64,000 bases of DNA from Candidatus Moduliflexus flocculans (GTDB lineage Bacteria; Moduliflexota; Moduliflexia; Moduliflexales; Moduliflexaceae): positions 349,804 to 413,803 of the forward strand of contig DF820457.1 of NCBI GenBank assembly GCA_000739515.1, in the 5' to 3' direction. The notes beneath the pieces were generated by a model that was given only the letters and a program-made list of their open reading frames with translations, was not told the origin of the DNA and did no database searches. Position 1 is the stretch's first letter. Each line of letters opens with the position of its first letter. Made by a program: the position numbers and the translations under genes. Shown here piece by piece: positions 10,020 through 19,836 of the stretch.

Positions 10020-11271
10020 ATTTTTTGCCCAGGCAGCACTTCTTATATTTCAAGCCGCTGCCGCACGGACACGGATCGTTTCTGCCTGCTTTAAGAGCAT
10101 TCCCGTCGACCGGTTTGCGGGCGATTGGCGGCTGCGGCTGCGTTTGCCGCCGCCATTCCGCTGCGACCGCCTGCACGAAGGGCTGGCAATGCGTAAAAAA
10201 CCGCCGATAGCCTGCGCACAAATAATTCAAGCCTGGCTCGCCGTCAGGCGTTTGGAGAAACCGATTTTTCGGGCATTCGCCATAACACATCGCCTTGACT
10301 TCGCATCGTTGGCAATAGCGCGGCAATGTGGCCTTTTTCTTTCCAAATGCCATTTGCGCCGGACTGTCGAGCATGTCAACTAACGGCGTCGTCTTGATAT
10401 TGCCGAGCAGATGTTCCTGATTGACGTAATGATCGCAGGAATAGACATCGCCGTTGCGCTCGATGACAGGAATGTCGCCGCACGTCGGGCGGAAAATGCA
10501 AAGTGAATGCTCCTGTCCGAAGGCAGTTCGAGCGGCTTCCTCGAAAATCTGCACCTTGATTTTGCCAATATCGTTCGCCTGCCATTCGTCGAAAATCGCG
10601 CAGAGAAATTCGCCGAATGCGGCTGACGGTACGCTGAGCGGGCTGACATTGCCGTCTTCGTCTCGTTCAACAAGCGGCAGAAATGTGAGATATGAAGCGT
10701 TGATCTCCTTGAAAAAACGATAGATTTCTAACGGCTGCTTGACATTCAGCGCATTCACCACGCAGAGCAAATCGCAAGCCACGCCATGTTTTCGCAAGAG
10801 GTGATACCCTCGCAACGCCTGCGCATGAGTCGGCTGCTGCTGTTTCGTGGTTCGATAGGCGTCATGCAGTTCCGGCGTGCCGTCCAGACTGACGCCGACG
10901 AAAAAGCCTTCCTGCGCTAAAAAACGACACCACTCGTCATCCAAAAGCGTGCCGTTCGTCTGCATGCCGTTCAGAATGCGCCAGTTGCGCGGCTGATGCT
11001 TGCGCTGGATCGCCGCGATTGCGCGAAAATAGTCTAACCCCGCCAATGTCGGCTCGCCGCCATGCCACGAAAAACGAATCTCCTCGCCGGGAAACGCCTC
11101 GATTTGCTGCACAATATATTCTTCAAGCAGATTGAGAGGCATCCGCGCTGGCTCGTTCTCTGTATAGAACTGTTCTGTTTTCAGGTAATAACAATAACGG
11201 CAATCTAAATTACACGCCGCGCCAATCGGTTTGGCAAACACTTGGAATTCGCGAGAAGCTTTGCTCGTCAT
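10018..11271 (-). CDS. Anaerobic sulfatase maturase (radical SAM/SPASM) with C-terminal SEC-C motif
   Basis: CNLDCRYC, WHGGEPTL, SPASM cysteines (CIFRPTCG..CDHY..CQRC..CYGECPK), GRNDPCPCGSGLKYKKCC. Confidence 0.92.
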   Translation of the reverse strand: MTSKASREFQVFAKPIGAACNLDCRYCYYLKTEQFYTENEPARMPLNLLEEYIVQQIEAFPGEEIRFSWHGGEPTLAGLDYFRAIAAIQRKHQPRNWRILNGMQTNGTLLDDEWCRFLAQEGFFVGVSLDGTPELHDAYRTTKQQQPTHAQALRGYHLLRKHGVACDLLCVVNALNVKQPLEIYRFFKEINASYLTFLPLVERDEDGNVSPLSVPSAAFGEFLCAIFDEWQANDIGKIKVQIFEEAARTAFGQEHSLCIFRPTCGDIPVIERNGDVYSCDHYVNQEHLLGNIKTTPLVDMLDSPAQMAFGKKKATLPRYCQRCEVKAMCYGECPKNRFLQTPDGEPGLNYLCAGYRRFFTHCQPFVQAVAAEWRRQTQPQPPIARKPVDGNALKAGRNDPCPCGSGLKYKKCCLGKK

Positions 11272-11304
11272 AAATCCTGGATGAGTCCCAATACAATCGT
11301 TCTG

Positions 11305-11931
11305 TTATTCCTCTTCCGTCATCTCTTTGACTAATTCTTCAATCTGTATCGTTACATCATCCACCACCGGAATCATGTCATGCCATTTCGCTAACAGCCA
11401 CGTTTTTCCCTGTTCCGCCACCATGACTTTTTGTGTGTCAGTCAAAATCCAGATCACCTTTTCAATACCCGCCTTCAGCAAATCATCCGTCTTTTCGGTG
11501 AGATAGCCGAGAATATCGCTATACGGCTTCAAATCCGCTTTCGTATCCACTTCGATCACGATTTTCGGCGGGGTTTTGAGATATTTCGGCGAAAGCATCT
11601 CATGTTTCACAGCTTTTTTGTCATAAATCGCAATATCCAACAGTCGCCAGTTTTTCGGCGCATACAGAAATCCGGTTTCATTCGTCATGACCGCATATTT
11701 GCGCACATTCAATTTCCGCAGTAAATAGCCGACAATCCAGGCTATCAGTTGGCCTTGCAATCCGCTGCTTCCCATAACCTCCTCCAGAGATTTCTCATTG
11801 GTTAAGACTTTGCGATACCCGCGATAATACACCGGCCTATCGCGCACCATTTCGTAGATCAGTTCCTTGGGAATCGCGGCGCGTTTGACTTTTCGCATCG
11901 TTTGCGGCCGATCGTATGTGACCGTTTCCAT
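11305..11931 (-). CDS. Uma2/DUF820-like PD-(D/E)xK putative endonuclease
   Basis: LLDIAIYDK...PPKIVIEVDTK and AGIEKVIWI pattern typical of the Uma2 family; start taken at ATG 11931. Confidence 0.65.
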   Translation of the reverse strand: METVTYDRPQTMRKVKRAAIPKELIYEMVRDRPVYYRGYRKVLTNEKSLEEVMGSSGLQGQLIAWIVGYLLRKLNVRKYAVMTNETGFLYAPKNWRLLDIAIYDKKAVKHEMLSPKYLKTPPKIVIEVDTKADLKPYSDILGYLTEKTDDLLKAGIEKVIWILTDTQKVMVAEQGKTWLLAKWHDMIPVVDDVTIQIEELVKEMTEEE

Positions 11932-12120
11932 AAATGCTCCTCCTGTGACTCGTCCTACGCAGAGCGGGAACACGTTCTCTTTCTGAAAGCGTGACCTGTT
12001 TTTCTCAATCAATTCATGTATCAATGATAAGCAGCGAGGATGCTTTCGTCAAGGTAAAAGATGTTTCAATCTATCCTGGTCTCAATCGCCAGATCGTATT
12101 TGGGTTTATTTAAAAAATCT

Positions 12121-14892
12121 TCACAAGAACGCAAACGCCTGTTTCCCTTCCAATGCCTGCACATACCGTTCGCAGAGCGCATAGACCGGGCATAAATGGA
12201 GCGGTTTGCCGTAGGCGGCGGCGAACTGCTGCGTTTTGGTCTGGGTCGCTTCGGTGAAATCAGGGCGACCGATGACGACGAAGGCGACCGGCTGGGCGGC
12301 GAGGCCGACCGCAAGCAGGTTGCCGATCTGCTCGTCGTCGAGTTCGCGCTGATTCGGCGGTAGGACGCGGACGAATAACGCGCCGCTTTCCTGTTCGATG
12401 ACGTAATCGCTGCCGAAACGGTCGTGCTGCTGCGGCAATTCCCGGACGAAGAGATTGATGTGCGGAGCGCGGAAAAAGAGCGCGATGGCGTCGCGCAGTT
12501 CTGGCAGCGTGACGGCGGAATAGAGCCGCGTCAGCAGCCCGGCGTCATAGCCGAGCCGTTCCAATCGCAATTTATGGTCAACCAAATGCCGCGTTTCGAT
12601 GCGGCTGTATTTTTTATACACGCGGTCTTGCAAGCGAAACGCGACTTCTTGCGGAATGACGCGGGCGAGACTGTCCAATTCCGCTTCTAATAGCTGTTCT
12701 TCGGTGGAATAGCCCGCCTGAACGAGTCGCGCAATCATGGCGCGAGTCAGTCCCGCTACGCGCAGCGCGGCGATTTCGACGCCATCTTCCGGCACGCCGT
12801 AGAGCGTTTGCTTGGCGAAGCGTTGCAAGCGTCGCACGACCGCCGCGTCAGCGTGACGCGCCGTCGCGATGTCCGCTAACAGGCGAATCATCCACGCCGC
12901 ATTTTCCGACAGGCCGCGAATCACGCCGCTGTACGATTTGTCGCGAAAATACTGGCTGTATGTGATTTCAAGGCGTTGCAAGCTCGTTCCCGCCACCCAA
13001 TCCGCCAACAGCAGCGCCATTTTGATGCGCCGCGTCGTCTCGAACCGGTTTTGCAGAAATTCCTCCGATTTTTTCAGCAGCGGCTCGCACACATCGGCGT
13101 AGCGTTCGCGGATCGCCCGCCAATAATCGCCGGTTTCGTACTCTTCCTGCGACAGGCGGAAATGCAGGTCAGCCAGTTCTTTGTTATGCGAAACGACAAA
13201 AAAGAGTTCCCAGGTGTTGAACGCGGCCAGATCAAGCAGTTCCGAAAATTGCGTCAAGACCGCCATGCTTTCCGCCGAGACGCCTTGCGCCGCGCAGATG
13301 CGCCCGATTTCCGTCACGCGCAGCCGTGCGGCGTCGGAGCGGAGCATCAAGCCCTGTTCGACCGAATAGGCGACCGCATCGCCGACTCGCGCCACCATTG
13401 CGGCGCGGGCGGTTTCGTCATTTTTCCAGCGCAAAACCCCCGCATACGACATGTCGAAAAACGCCCGAATTTCCTCTTCTGACGCACAAATTTCGGCGGC
13501 GACGAGAAAGAGCGTTTCTTCGATCAGGCGGCTGTCGGCGAGTTGCGAGGCGAGACGCGGGAACGCGCCTTCGATGTAATTGCGCCACAAAATCTGCTCG
13601 TCGGCGGGCGTGTCGGCAAAGATGATCGAACGCCCGTCGTCGTGATGTTTCAGGCGTCCGGCGCGTCCGCTCATGTTCTTGTATTCGGCGGACGTGAGCG
13701 GCATTTCCTGAAAAATTTCCGCGTCGGGATCGGGCTTTTCGAGGTCGGCGATAATGACCGTTTTGACTGGCAGATTCATCCCCATTGCCAACGTCGAAGT
13801 CGCGCAAATCACGCGGATGCGGCTGTCGTCGGCTTTGAAGGCGCGTTCGATGGCCTGCCGCTCGTCGCGCCCAAGATCGGCGTTATGGAAGGCGACGCCA
13901 TGCCGCAGACATTCGAACAGCGCCTCTTTCGACACCGAATCTTCCATGTGCTGCAACACTTCAAGCGTCTGAAATGCCGCTGGCAGTTGCAAATCGCGAG
14001 CGAGCCGCAGCGCGGTTTCTCGCGTCAACCATTTCCATTTGCGGAAAATCAAGACCTGTTCGCCCTGCGCCAGCAAATCTGAGACGATCTGCTGCAAGCG
14101 TTTGTATTGATATTCGCGGCGGCCTTCCGCTGATTTCAGATTGAATTTGAAATGTTCTGGAAATGGCGTAAACTGCGTCGAGCCGATTTCTTTCGAGAGA
14201 AAACTGCGGTAAATAAACGTGCCGTCTCGCCGCAACATCCCTTCCCGCAATTCGACCGGGCGGGCGTCGGACATCAAGACCGCCGTTTGCAGCCATGCGT
14301 CGAGGCCGTTCAGGTCGCCGATGACGGCGGAGAGCGCGATCAACTGTGGGCGGGCGGCTTTGCGCATGTAGAGAATCGCAGTCAGGAGCATTTCAAGGCT
14401 ACTGCCCCGCGATGCGTCAGCAGTCATCTGAATTTCGTCAATCACAATCAGGCCGCAGGTGTTCAGGACATGCTTATTGCGCACCAACAGCCGGTGCGCT
14501 TTCTCGAACACGACGAGGGCAAGCTGGAAATCGCCGCGCTCGATGGCGTCGTCGGATTCGGTGTGATCGCCGGTGGAAATCACGACATCAATGCCGAACG
14601 CGCCGTATTTGTCGGTAAAATCGGCGTATTTCTCCTCGGCAAGTGCCTTGAGCGGCACAAGATAGAGGACTTTGCCTTGTTGAAAAATCGTGTGAATCGC
14701 TGCGATTTCCGCCAAAAATGTCTTGCCGGAAGAGGTCGGCGCGGAAACCAGCAGATCGCGGCCTTCCAGAATGCCATGCTCGCGAATGGCGGTTTCCTGA
14801 ATCGGCAGGAGTGCGGCACTTTCCCGCGCTGTCCAGATATTGATAATATCCGGTGCAAAATGGTAGTGCTGTTGCAGTTCGTGCAGAGTCAT
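12121..14892 (-). CDS. Ski2-like (Hel308/HelQ-type) SF2 helicase with C-terminal extension
   Basis: SAPTSSGKT, DEIQ, LSAVIGD, GVAFHNADL, ATSTLAMGMNLP, YKNMSGRAGR; HhH-like region GLTRAMIARLVQAGY. Confidence 0.88.
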   Translation of the reverse strand: MTLHELQQHYHFAPDIINIWTARESAALLPIQETAIREHGILEGRDLLVSAPTSSGKTFLAEIAAIHTIFQQGKVLYLVPLKALAEEKYADFTDKYGAFGIDVVISTGDHTESDDAIERGDFQLALVVFEKAHRLLVRNKHVLNTCGLIVIDEIQMTADASRGSSLEMLLTAILYMRKAARPQLIALSAVIGDLNGLDAWLQTAVLMSDARPVELREGMLRRDGTFIYRSFLSKEIGSTQFTPFPEHFKFNLKSAEGRREYQYKRLQQIVSDLLAQGEQVLIFRKWKWLTRETALRLARDLQLPAAFQTLEVLQHMEDSVSKEALFECLRHGVAFHNADLGRDERQAIERAFKADDSRIRVICATSTLAMGMNLPVKTVIIADLEKPDPDAEIFQEMPLTSAEYKNMSGRAGRLKHHDDGRSIIFADTPADEQILWRNYIEGAFPRLASQLADSRLIEETLFLVAAEICASEEEIRAFFDMSYAGVLRWKNDETARAAMVARVGDAVAYSVEQGLMLRSDAARLRVTEIGRICAAQGVSAESMAVLTQFSELLDLAAFNTWELFFVVSHNKELADLHFRLSQEEYETGDYWRAIRERYADVCEPLLKKSEEFLQNRFETTRRIKMALLLADWVAGTSLQRLEITYSQYFRDKSYSGVIRGLSENAAWMIRLLADIATARHADAAVVRRLQRFAKQTLYGVPEDGVEIAALRVAGLTRAMIARLVQAGYSTEEQLLEAELDSLARVIPQEVAFRLQDRVYKKYSRIETRHLVDHKLRLERLGYDAGLLTRLYSAVTLPELRDAIALFFRAPHINLFVRELPQQHDRFGSDYVIEQESGALFVRVLPPNQRELDDEQIGNLLAVGLAAQPVAFVVIGRPDFTEATQTKTQQFAAAYGKPLHLCPVYALCERYVQALEGKQAFAFL

Positions 14893-14905
14893 AAAAGCAT
14901 ACCTG

Positions 14906-15121
14906 TTAGACACTTTGGAAGTGTCTGACAGGTGTTTTCACGGCGGAAGTGTCCGTTAGCAAAAAGGTCGGTTCGTGCCGTCTGGATTCGATCAATTCGG
15001 CATCGCGAGCATCATTTTCATTGTCTGACTCGGCCAACTGTTCTAATAAAAAACGCATTAATTCGAATTTTTCATTGCGTGGGAGCGGCACGATTTCTCG
15101 CTCAAGTTCCATCAATAACAT
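14906..15121 (-). CDS. Small hypothetical protein (antitoxin-component-like)
   Basis: MLLMELEREIVPLPRNEKFELMRFLLEQLAE; GGAGG RBS upstream of ATG 15121; the 3' end runs into a REP hairpin. Confidence 0.45.
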   Translation of the reverse strand: MLLMELEREIVPLPRNEKFELMRFLLEQLAESDNENDARDAELIESRRHEPTFLLTDTSAVKTPVRHFQSV

Positions 15122-15500
15122 AATAAAACCTCCAGAGAGAGTTTTGTTGAAAACGAATGAGGAAGAACCCCTGTAATTACATCCACCAACGCGCTTTTTT
15201 GGCAAGGAAAATCTCGCATTTTCCTTATCGCATTCTCAGGCGGATTTTCTCTTGACACAGATTCAGTCATGCAGTCTATCGGCGTTGTTTTCTCTTGTCG
15301 TTGTCCCTGTTTGACAATGTTGTGTTTTTTAGAAGAGAAAATGACAACATTGTCAGAAATTTGTATTCGAAGAATAACGGATTCGGCTTATTTTGTGGGA
15401 AATTTGGGTATTTTTTAACGTGGCAGAATTGTTGAATGTGAACGTTCCCGTCGGAAGCATGAAATCGTTGTAATTCGATTCACCAAACAACAGAAGGAGG

Positions 15501-16670
15501 ATGCTGATGCGTAACATGAGAATGGTTGTTGCTCTTATCGCGGTGGTGTTGTTCGCCATGCCGGCATTGGCCGCAGACACCATCAAAATCGGGTTTAATA
15601 TTCCGTTGACCGGAGATATTCCGAAAGTCGGCGAAGGCTCGAAGTTTTCGGCGGAAATGCTGAAAGAAGAAATTAATAGCGCTGGCGGCCTGAAAGTCGG
15701 CGACAAGACGTACACGCTGGAATTTATTTATGAAGATAACGAATCCAAAGCGGAATCGGCGACGGCTGCCGCGATGAAACTGATCACCAGCGACGAAGTA
15801 TTAGCGATGATCGGGCCGCAATCGAGCAAGCAAGCCGTGCCAGCGGGCGAAGTGGCGAATAGCATGATGACGCCGATGATTTCCCCCTGGTCAACCAACC
15901 CGAATACCACGCTGGATCGCCCGTATGTGTTCCGCGCCTGTTTTCTTGACCCGTTCCAGGGCCCGGTTCTGGCAAAGTTCGTGACCGAAGAACTCGGTGC
16001 GAAGAAGGCGGCGGTGCTGTATGATATCGCCAGCGACTATCCGAAAGGGTTAGCCGAATTTTTCAAAGCCTCGTTCGAAGAAATTCATGGCGCAGGCTCA
16101 GTGGTGGCGTTCGAAACATTCACCACCAAAGACCGCGATTTCAGCGCCCAGTTGACCAATATCATCAATTCCGGCGCAGACATTCTGTTCACGCCGCAAT
16201 ATTATGATGAAGTGCCGTTGATTGCGAAACAGGCGCATGAACAGGGCTGGAAGAAACCGATTGTCGGCAGCGATAGCTGGGGCTCGGCGGAATTGAACAA
16301 CCTCTGCGGCGCAGACTGCTATGGCCTCTTTTTCAGCACACATTACGCGGCTGCCGGGGCGCAGGGGAAAACCAAAGAGTTTATTGACAAGTACAACGCC
16401 AAATACGGCTATATTCCGGATGATGTCGGCGCGTTGACGTGGGATGCAATGAATCTGCTGCTGCAAGCCATTCAAAACACCGGCGGCTTGACCGGCGACG
16501 TGCAGAAAGACCGCGACGCGATCCGCGAGCAGTTGGCAAGCACGAAAGAATTCGATGGGATTACTGGCAAGATGTCCTTTAACGGCAAAAACGATCCGAG
16601 TAAATGCGCAGTCATCGTAAAAATCAGCGATACCGGCGCGTTCGAATTCTACAAATCTGTTTGCCCGTGA
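15501..16670 (+). CDS. livK: Branched-chain amino acid ABC transporter substrate-binding protein
   Basis: Signal peptide; IKIGFNIPLTG, EDNESK and FRACFLDPFQG periplasmic-binding type I motifs; followed by livHMG. Confidence 0.85.
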   Translation: MLMRNMRMVVALIAVVLFAMPALAADTIKIGFNIPLTGDIPKVGEGSKFSAEMLKEEINSAGGLKVGDKTYTLEFIYEDNESKAESATAAAMKLITSDEVLAMIGPQSSKQAVPAGEVANSMMTPMISPWSTNPNTTLDRPYVFRACFLDPFQGPVLAKFVTEELGAKKAAVLYDIASDYPKGLAEFFKASFEEIHGAGSVVAFETFTTKDRDFSAQLTNIINSGADILFTPQYYDEVPLIAKQAHEQGWKKPIVGSDSWGSAELNNLCGADCYGLFFSTHYAAAGAQGKTKEFIDKYNAKYGYIPDDVGALTWDAMNLLLQAIQNTGGLTGDVQKDRDAIREQLASTKEFDGITGKMSFNGKNDPSKCAVIVKISDTGAFEFYKSVCP

Positions 16671-16680
16671 TGTAATTATT

Positions 16681-16708
16681 GTAGAGACGCACGGCCGTGC
16701 GTCTCTAC
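16681..16708. repeat. GTAG-type REP hairpin
   Basis: GTAGAGACGCACGGCCGTGCGTCTCTAC; sister copy at 17372-17400. Confidence 0.8.
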
Positions 16709-16721
16709 TGATTATTTATGT

Positions 16722-17375
16722 ATGAACCAGCGTCACCTGTTTTTTGATTTAGACGGCACGTTAATTGACCCCAAAATCGGCATTACGACGTGCCTGCAAT
16801 ACGCGCTGAAGAAATTAGACGTTCCCGTCCCCGATGCCGACGAGTTGCTCTGGTGCATCGGCCCGCCGTTATCTCGCAGCCTTGCCGAATTGCTTCAAAC
16901 AACTGATGAACGGTTGGTTGACGCAGGCGTTCAATTCTATCGCGAACGATTCAGGACGGTCGGAAAATTTGAAGCCACGCTCTATCAGGCGATTCCCGCG
17001 ACATTGTGTCGGCTGAAATCGGAAGGGTTTCAATTGTATATTGCGACATCAAAACCGCGCCTGTTTGCCGAAGACATTCTGCGGCATTTTGACGTTGCCG
17101 AATATTTTACAAACGTATATGGCAGCGAGTTAGACGGGCGGTTGAATGAAAAAGCCGATTTGCTAGCGCATGCGCTGAACGCCGAGCAATTTGCGCCCGA
17201 TGCCTGCTGGATGATTGGCGACCGGAAACATGACGTGATCGGCGCGAACGCGAACAATATGGATTGTATCGGCGTGTTATACGGCTACGGCAGCCGCGAA
17301 GAGCTTGTCAATGCCGGGGCGCGGCATCTCGCCGCCACGCCGGACGAATTGTGCGAAATTGTTTATTCATCGTAG
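16722..17375 (+). CDS. HAD-family hydrolase (phosphoglycolate phosphatase/nucleotidase-like)
   Basis: FDLDGTL motif I, ATSK motif II, MIGDRKHD motif IV. Confidence 0.9.
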   Translation: MNQRHLFFDLDGTLIDPKIGITTCLQYALKKLDVPVPDADELLWCIGPPLSRSLAELLQTTDERLVDAGVQFYRERFRTVGKFEATLYQAIPATLCRLKSEGFQLYIATSKPRLFAEDILRHFDVAEYFTNVYGSELDGRLNEKADLLAHALNAEQFAPDACWMIGDRKHDVIGANANNMDCIGVLYGYGSREELVNAGARHLAATPDELCEIVYSS

Positions 17376-17617
17376 AGACGCCCCAGCGGGGCGTCTCTAC
17401 GAAGTTTCGATGCGCCAACGGCGCAATTCATATTAGCCCAGGACGAAGTCCTGGGAATATGGTTATGTTGAGCTTTTCGCTCTGAAAGAGCGTTTTAAAA
17501 ATGATGAGATGCCCCTTCAGGGCGTAGGTTCGTAGTCGCGGTGTCTTTCCCTCCAGGGCTGTCGTCCTGGGCTAATATGATTATGCCCTTTCAGGGCGAA
17601 AAACAATAGAACATGTT

Positions 17618-18544
17618 ATGCAAAGCATTATTCAAAACCTGTTAAACGGCCTGCAATGGGGGAGTTTTTACGCGCTGATTGCATTGGGCTATACCCTTGT
17701 GTATGGCGTCTTGCGCCTGATTAACTTCGCGCATGGCGATATTTTCATGGTGGGCGCGTATTTCGGATTTTTCGCCTCCGCGTTTCTGCTCGGCACGTAT
17801 GCCATTCACCTGCCGTTTCAATTGCCGAATTCAGTGGTGTTTATTCTCTGTATCCTGATTTCGATGGTGCTGACCGCCGTTGTCGGCGTGAGCATCGAGC
17901 GCATCGCGTATCGCCCGTTGCGGCGCAAAGGCGCGGGGCGGCTCTATGTCGTCATCACGGCGCTTATGGCTGGCTTATTGCTGGAAAATGGCAACTTGGC
18001 GCTTTTAGGGGCGCGACGCCTGAAATTCCCGGATTTGATTGAAAAACAGGTCTATTCCATCGGCGGCGTGTCGTTTACAAATATCAAGGTGTTTGTCATT
18101 ATCGCCGCGATTCTCGTCTTCGTGCTGCTCCAATTTATTATCCGCCATACGCGGCTTGGCATGGCAATGCGGGCAATTTCGTATGATCGAATGGCGGTGC
18201 CGTTGATGGGAATTCCGGTGGATCAGGTCATCATGTTTACGTTTGTGCTTGGGTCGTCAATGGCGGCGCTGGCTGGCGTGTTGTTCGTCACGGCTTACCC
18301 CGTGTTAGAACCGTACATGGGTGCGATGATTGGCTGGAAAGCGTTTATCGCTGCCGTGCTCGGCGGGATCGGCGATATTCGCGGCGCGTTTATCGGCGGC
18401 TTTTTGTTGGGCTTTGTCGAAATTTTGACCGTCGCCTTCTTCCCGTCCACATTCCGGGATTTGATTGCGTTCTCCATCTTATTAGCCATTCTCAGCGTCA
18501 GGCCAACCGGCATCTTCGGCGTGGCAAAGGCAACGAAAATTTAA
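17618..18544 (+). CDS. livH: Branched-chain amino acid ABC permease
   Basis: YALIALGYTLVYGVLRLINFAHGD, GMAMRA, KAFIAAVLGGIG. Confidence 0.92.
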   Translation: MQSIIQNLLNGLQWGSFYALIALGYTLVYGVLRLINFAHGDIFMVGAYFGFFASAFLLGTYAIHLPFQLPNSVVFILCILISMVLTAVVGVSIERIAYRPLRRKGAGRLYVVITALMAGLLLENGNLALLGARRLKFPDLIEKQVYSIGGVSFTNIKVFVIIAAILVFVLLQFIIRHTRLGMAMRAISYDRMAVPLMGIPVDQVIMFTFVLGSSMAALAGVLFVTAYPVLEPYMGAMIGWKAFIAAVLGGIGDIRGAFIGGFLLGFVEILTVAFFPSTFRDLIAFSILLAILSVRPTGIFGVAKATKI

Positions 18545-18559
18545 TTTTTGTAATTAGTT

Positions 18560-18697
18560 ACCACGAAACACACAAAATACACGAAAAAATAGAACGCTGA
18601 ATAATCCTGATAAAAAACCAGAAAAAAATCAGGATCAATCAGTCTAATCAGCCTCATCAGTGTTCTATTTTTTCGTGTATTTTGTGTGTTTCGTGGT
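18560..18697. repeat. Paired 27-bp inverted repeat element between livH and livM
   Basis: ACCACGAAACACACAAAATACACGAAA at 18560-18586 with its inverse at 18671-18697; identical pair at 32725-32751/32915-32941; variant at ~5704-5808. Confidence 0.85.
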
Positions 18698-18720
18698 GGC
18701 CATTAAACTGTAACTTATTC

Positions 18721-19836
18721 ATGCGGAAATATACGGGGCTTCTTCTTTATCTGCTGGTCGGAGGGCTGATTGTCGGCCTCTCACAAGGCAAACTTCTGAA
18801 TGCATACATCCAGCTTGTCATCATGTATATCGGTATTAACATTATTTTGTCCTCCAGCCTCAACATCGTTAATGGTTATATGGGGGAGTTTACCTGCGGC
18901 CATGCGGCATTTATGGCAATCGGGGCGTATGTGACTTCGGTGTTGAATGTCTGGCTCTTTACGAAAAGTCAGGTCTTCGGGCCGCCCGCGCTGTCGCCGT
19001 CATTCGCGATTGTGTTGTTTCCGGTCACGCTCCTGATCGGCGGAGTTGTGGCGTCATTAGCAGGCTTGTTTATCGCGATTCCATCCTTCAAAACTCGCGA
19101 CGATTATTTGGCGATTATCACCTTAGCGGTCAACTACATTGTCAAAAGCTTGATTGAAAACATCGAGCAGATCGGCGGAGCGCGCGGCTTTATGGGGATG
19201 CGCAACGTGATCAACGAAATGACGAAAGTCGTCAACCTCCCCTGGATGATGATCTGGATTCTGATCGCCACCGGCTTGACAGTGTTAGTGATTTATCGCT
19301 TTGTCAATTCCAATTATGGCAAAGGGATGCTCGCGATTCGCGACGACGAAATTTCCGCTGAAATCATGGGAATTGACACGCGCCATATCAAAGTGGTCGC
19401 CTTTATGCTTTCCGCCGGATTAGCTGGCATTGCGGGCGGCCTGTTTGCGCATATCCTCGGCTACGTGAATCCGGGGAGCTTTTCCATCATGAAATCCACC
19501 GAAGTCTTAGTGATGATTTACCTCGGCGGCATGGGGTCGTTAAGCGGTTCGGTGCTGAGCGCAATCCTGTTTACCGTGTTGTTAGAATTGCATCGCTATA
19601 TCTCTGCGCCATTAGAAACGCTGGTCGCCGCTGTGCCAGATGGCGGTTTCTGGGGGCTGATTTCCGCGCCGTTAGAAAAAGTGATTGTGCCGCTGTTGGT
19701 CAATAAATGGGTGGTTATTCCATTTTTGCTCTTCATGCTGATGCAGTACCGCCCCGAAGGATTGTTAGGACATCGCGAACTGACCGATGTGTTTCCGAAA
19801 TTACGCAAATGGTTTTCCCCGCAGGAGGAACGATAA
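18721..19836 (+). CDS. livM: Branched-chain amino acid ABC permease
   Basis: LNIVNGYMGEFTCGHAAF, DYLAIITLA, AIRDDEISA, LGGMGSLSG. Confidence 0.9.
   Translation: MRKYTGLLLYLLVGGLIVGLSQGKLLNAYIQLVIMYIGINIILSSSLNIVNGYMGEFTCGHAAFMAIGAYVTSVLNVWLFTKSQVFGPPALSPSFAIVLFPVTLLIGGVVASLAGLFIAIPSFKTRDDYLAIITLAVNYIVKSLIENIEQIGGARGFMGMRNVINEMTKVVNLPWMMIWILIATGLTVLVIYRFVNSNYGKGMLAIRDDEISAEIMGIDTRHIKVVAFMLSAGLAGIAGGLFAHILGYVNPGSFSIMKSTEVLVMIYLGGMGSLSGSVLSAILFTVLLELHRYISAPLETLVAAVPDGGFWGLISAPLEKVIVPLLVNKWVVIPFLLFMLMQYRPEGLLGHRELTDVFPKLRKWFSPQEER

Noticed and set aside
10018-11271. SPASM radical SAM as a RiPP maturase
   Set aside because: It matches the anaerobic sulfatase maturase pattern with SEC-C, has no adjacent precursor, and is about 38 kb from the RiPP cluster.
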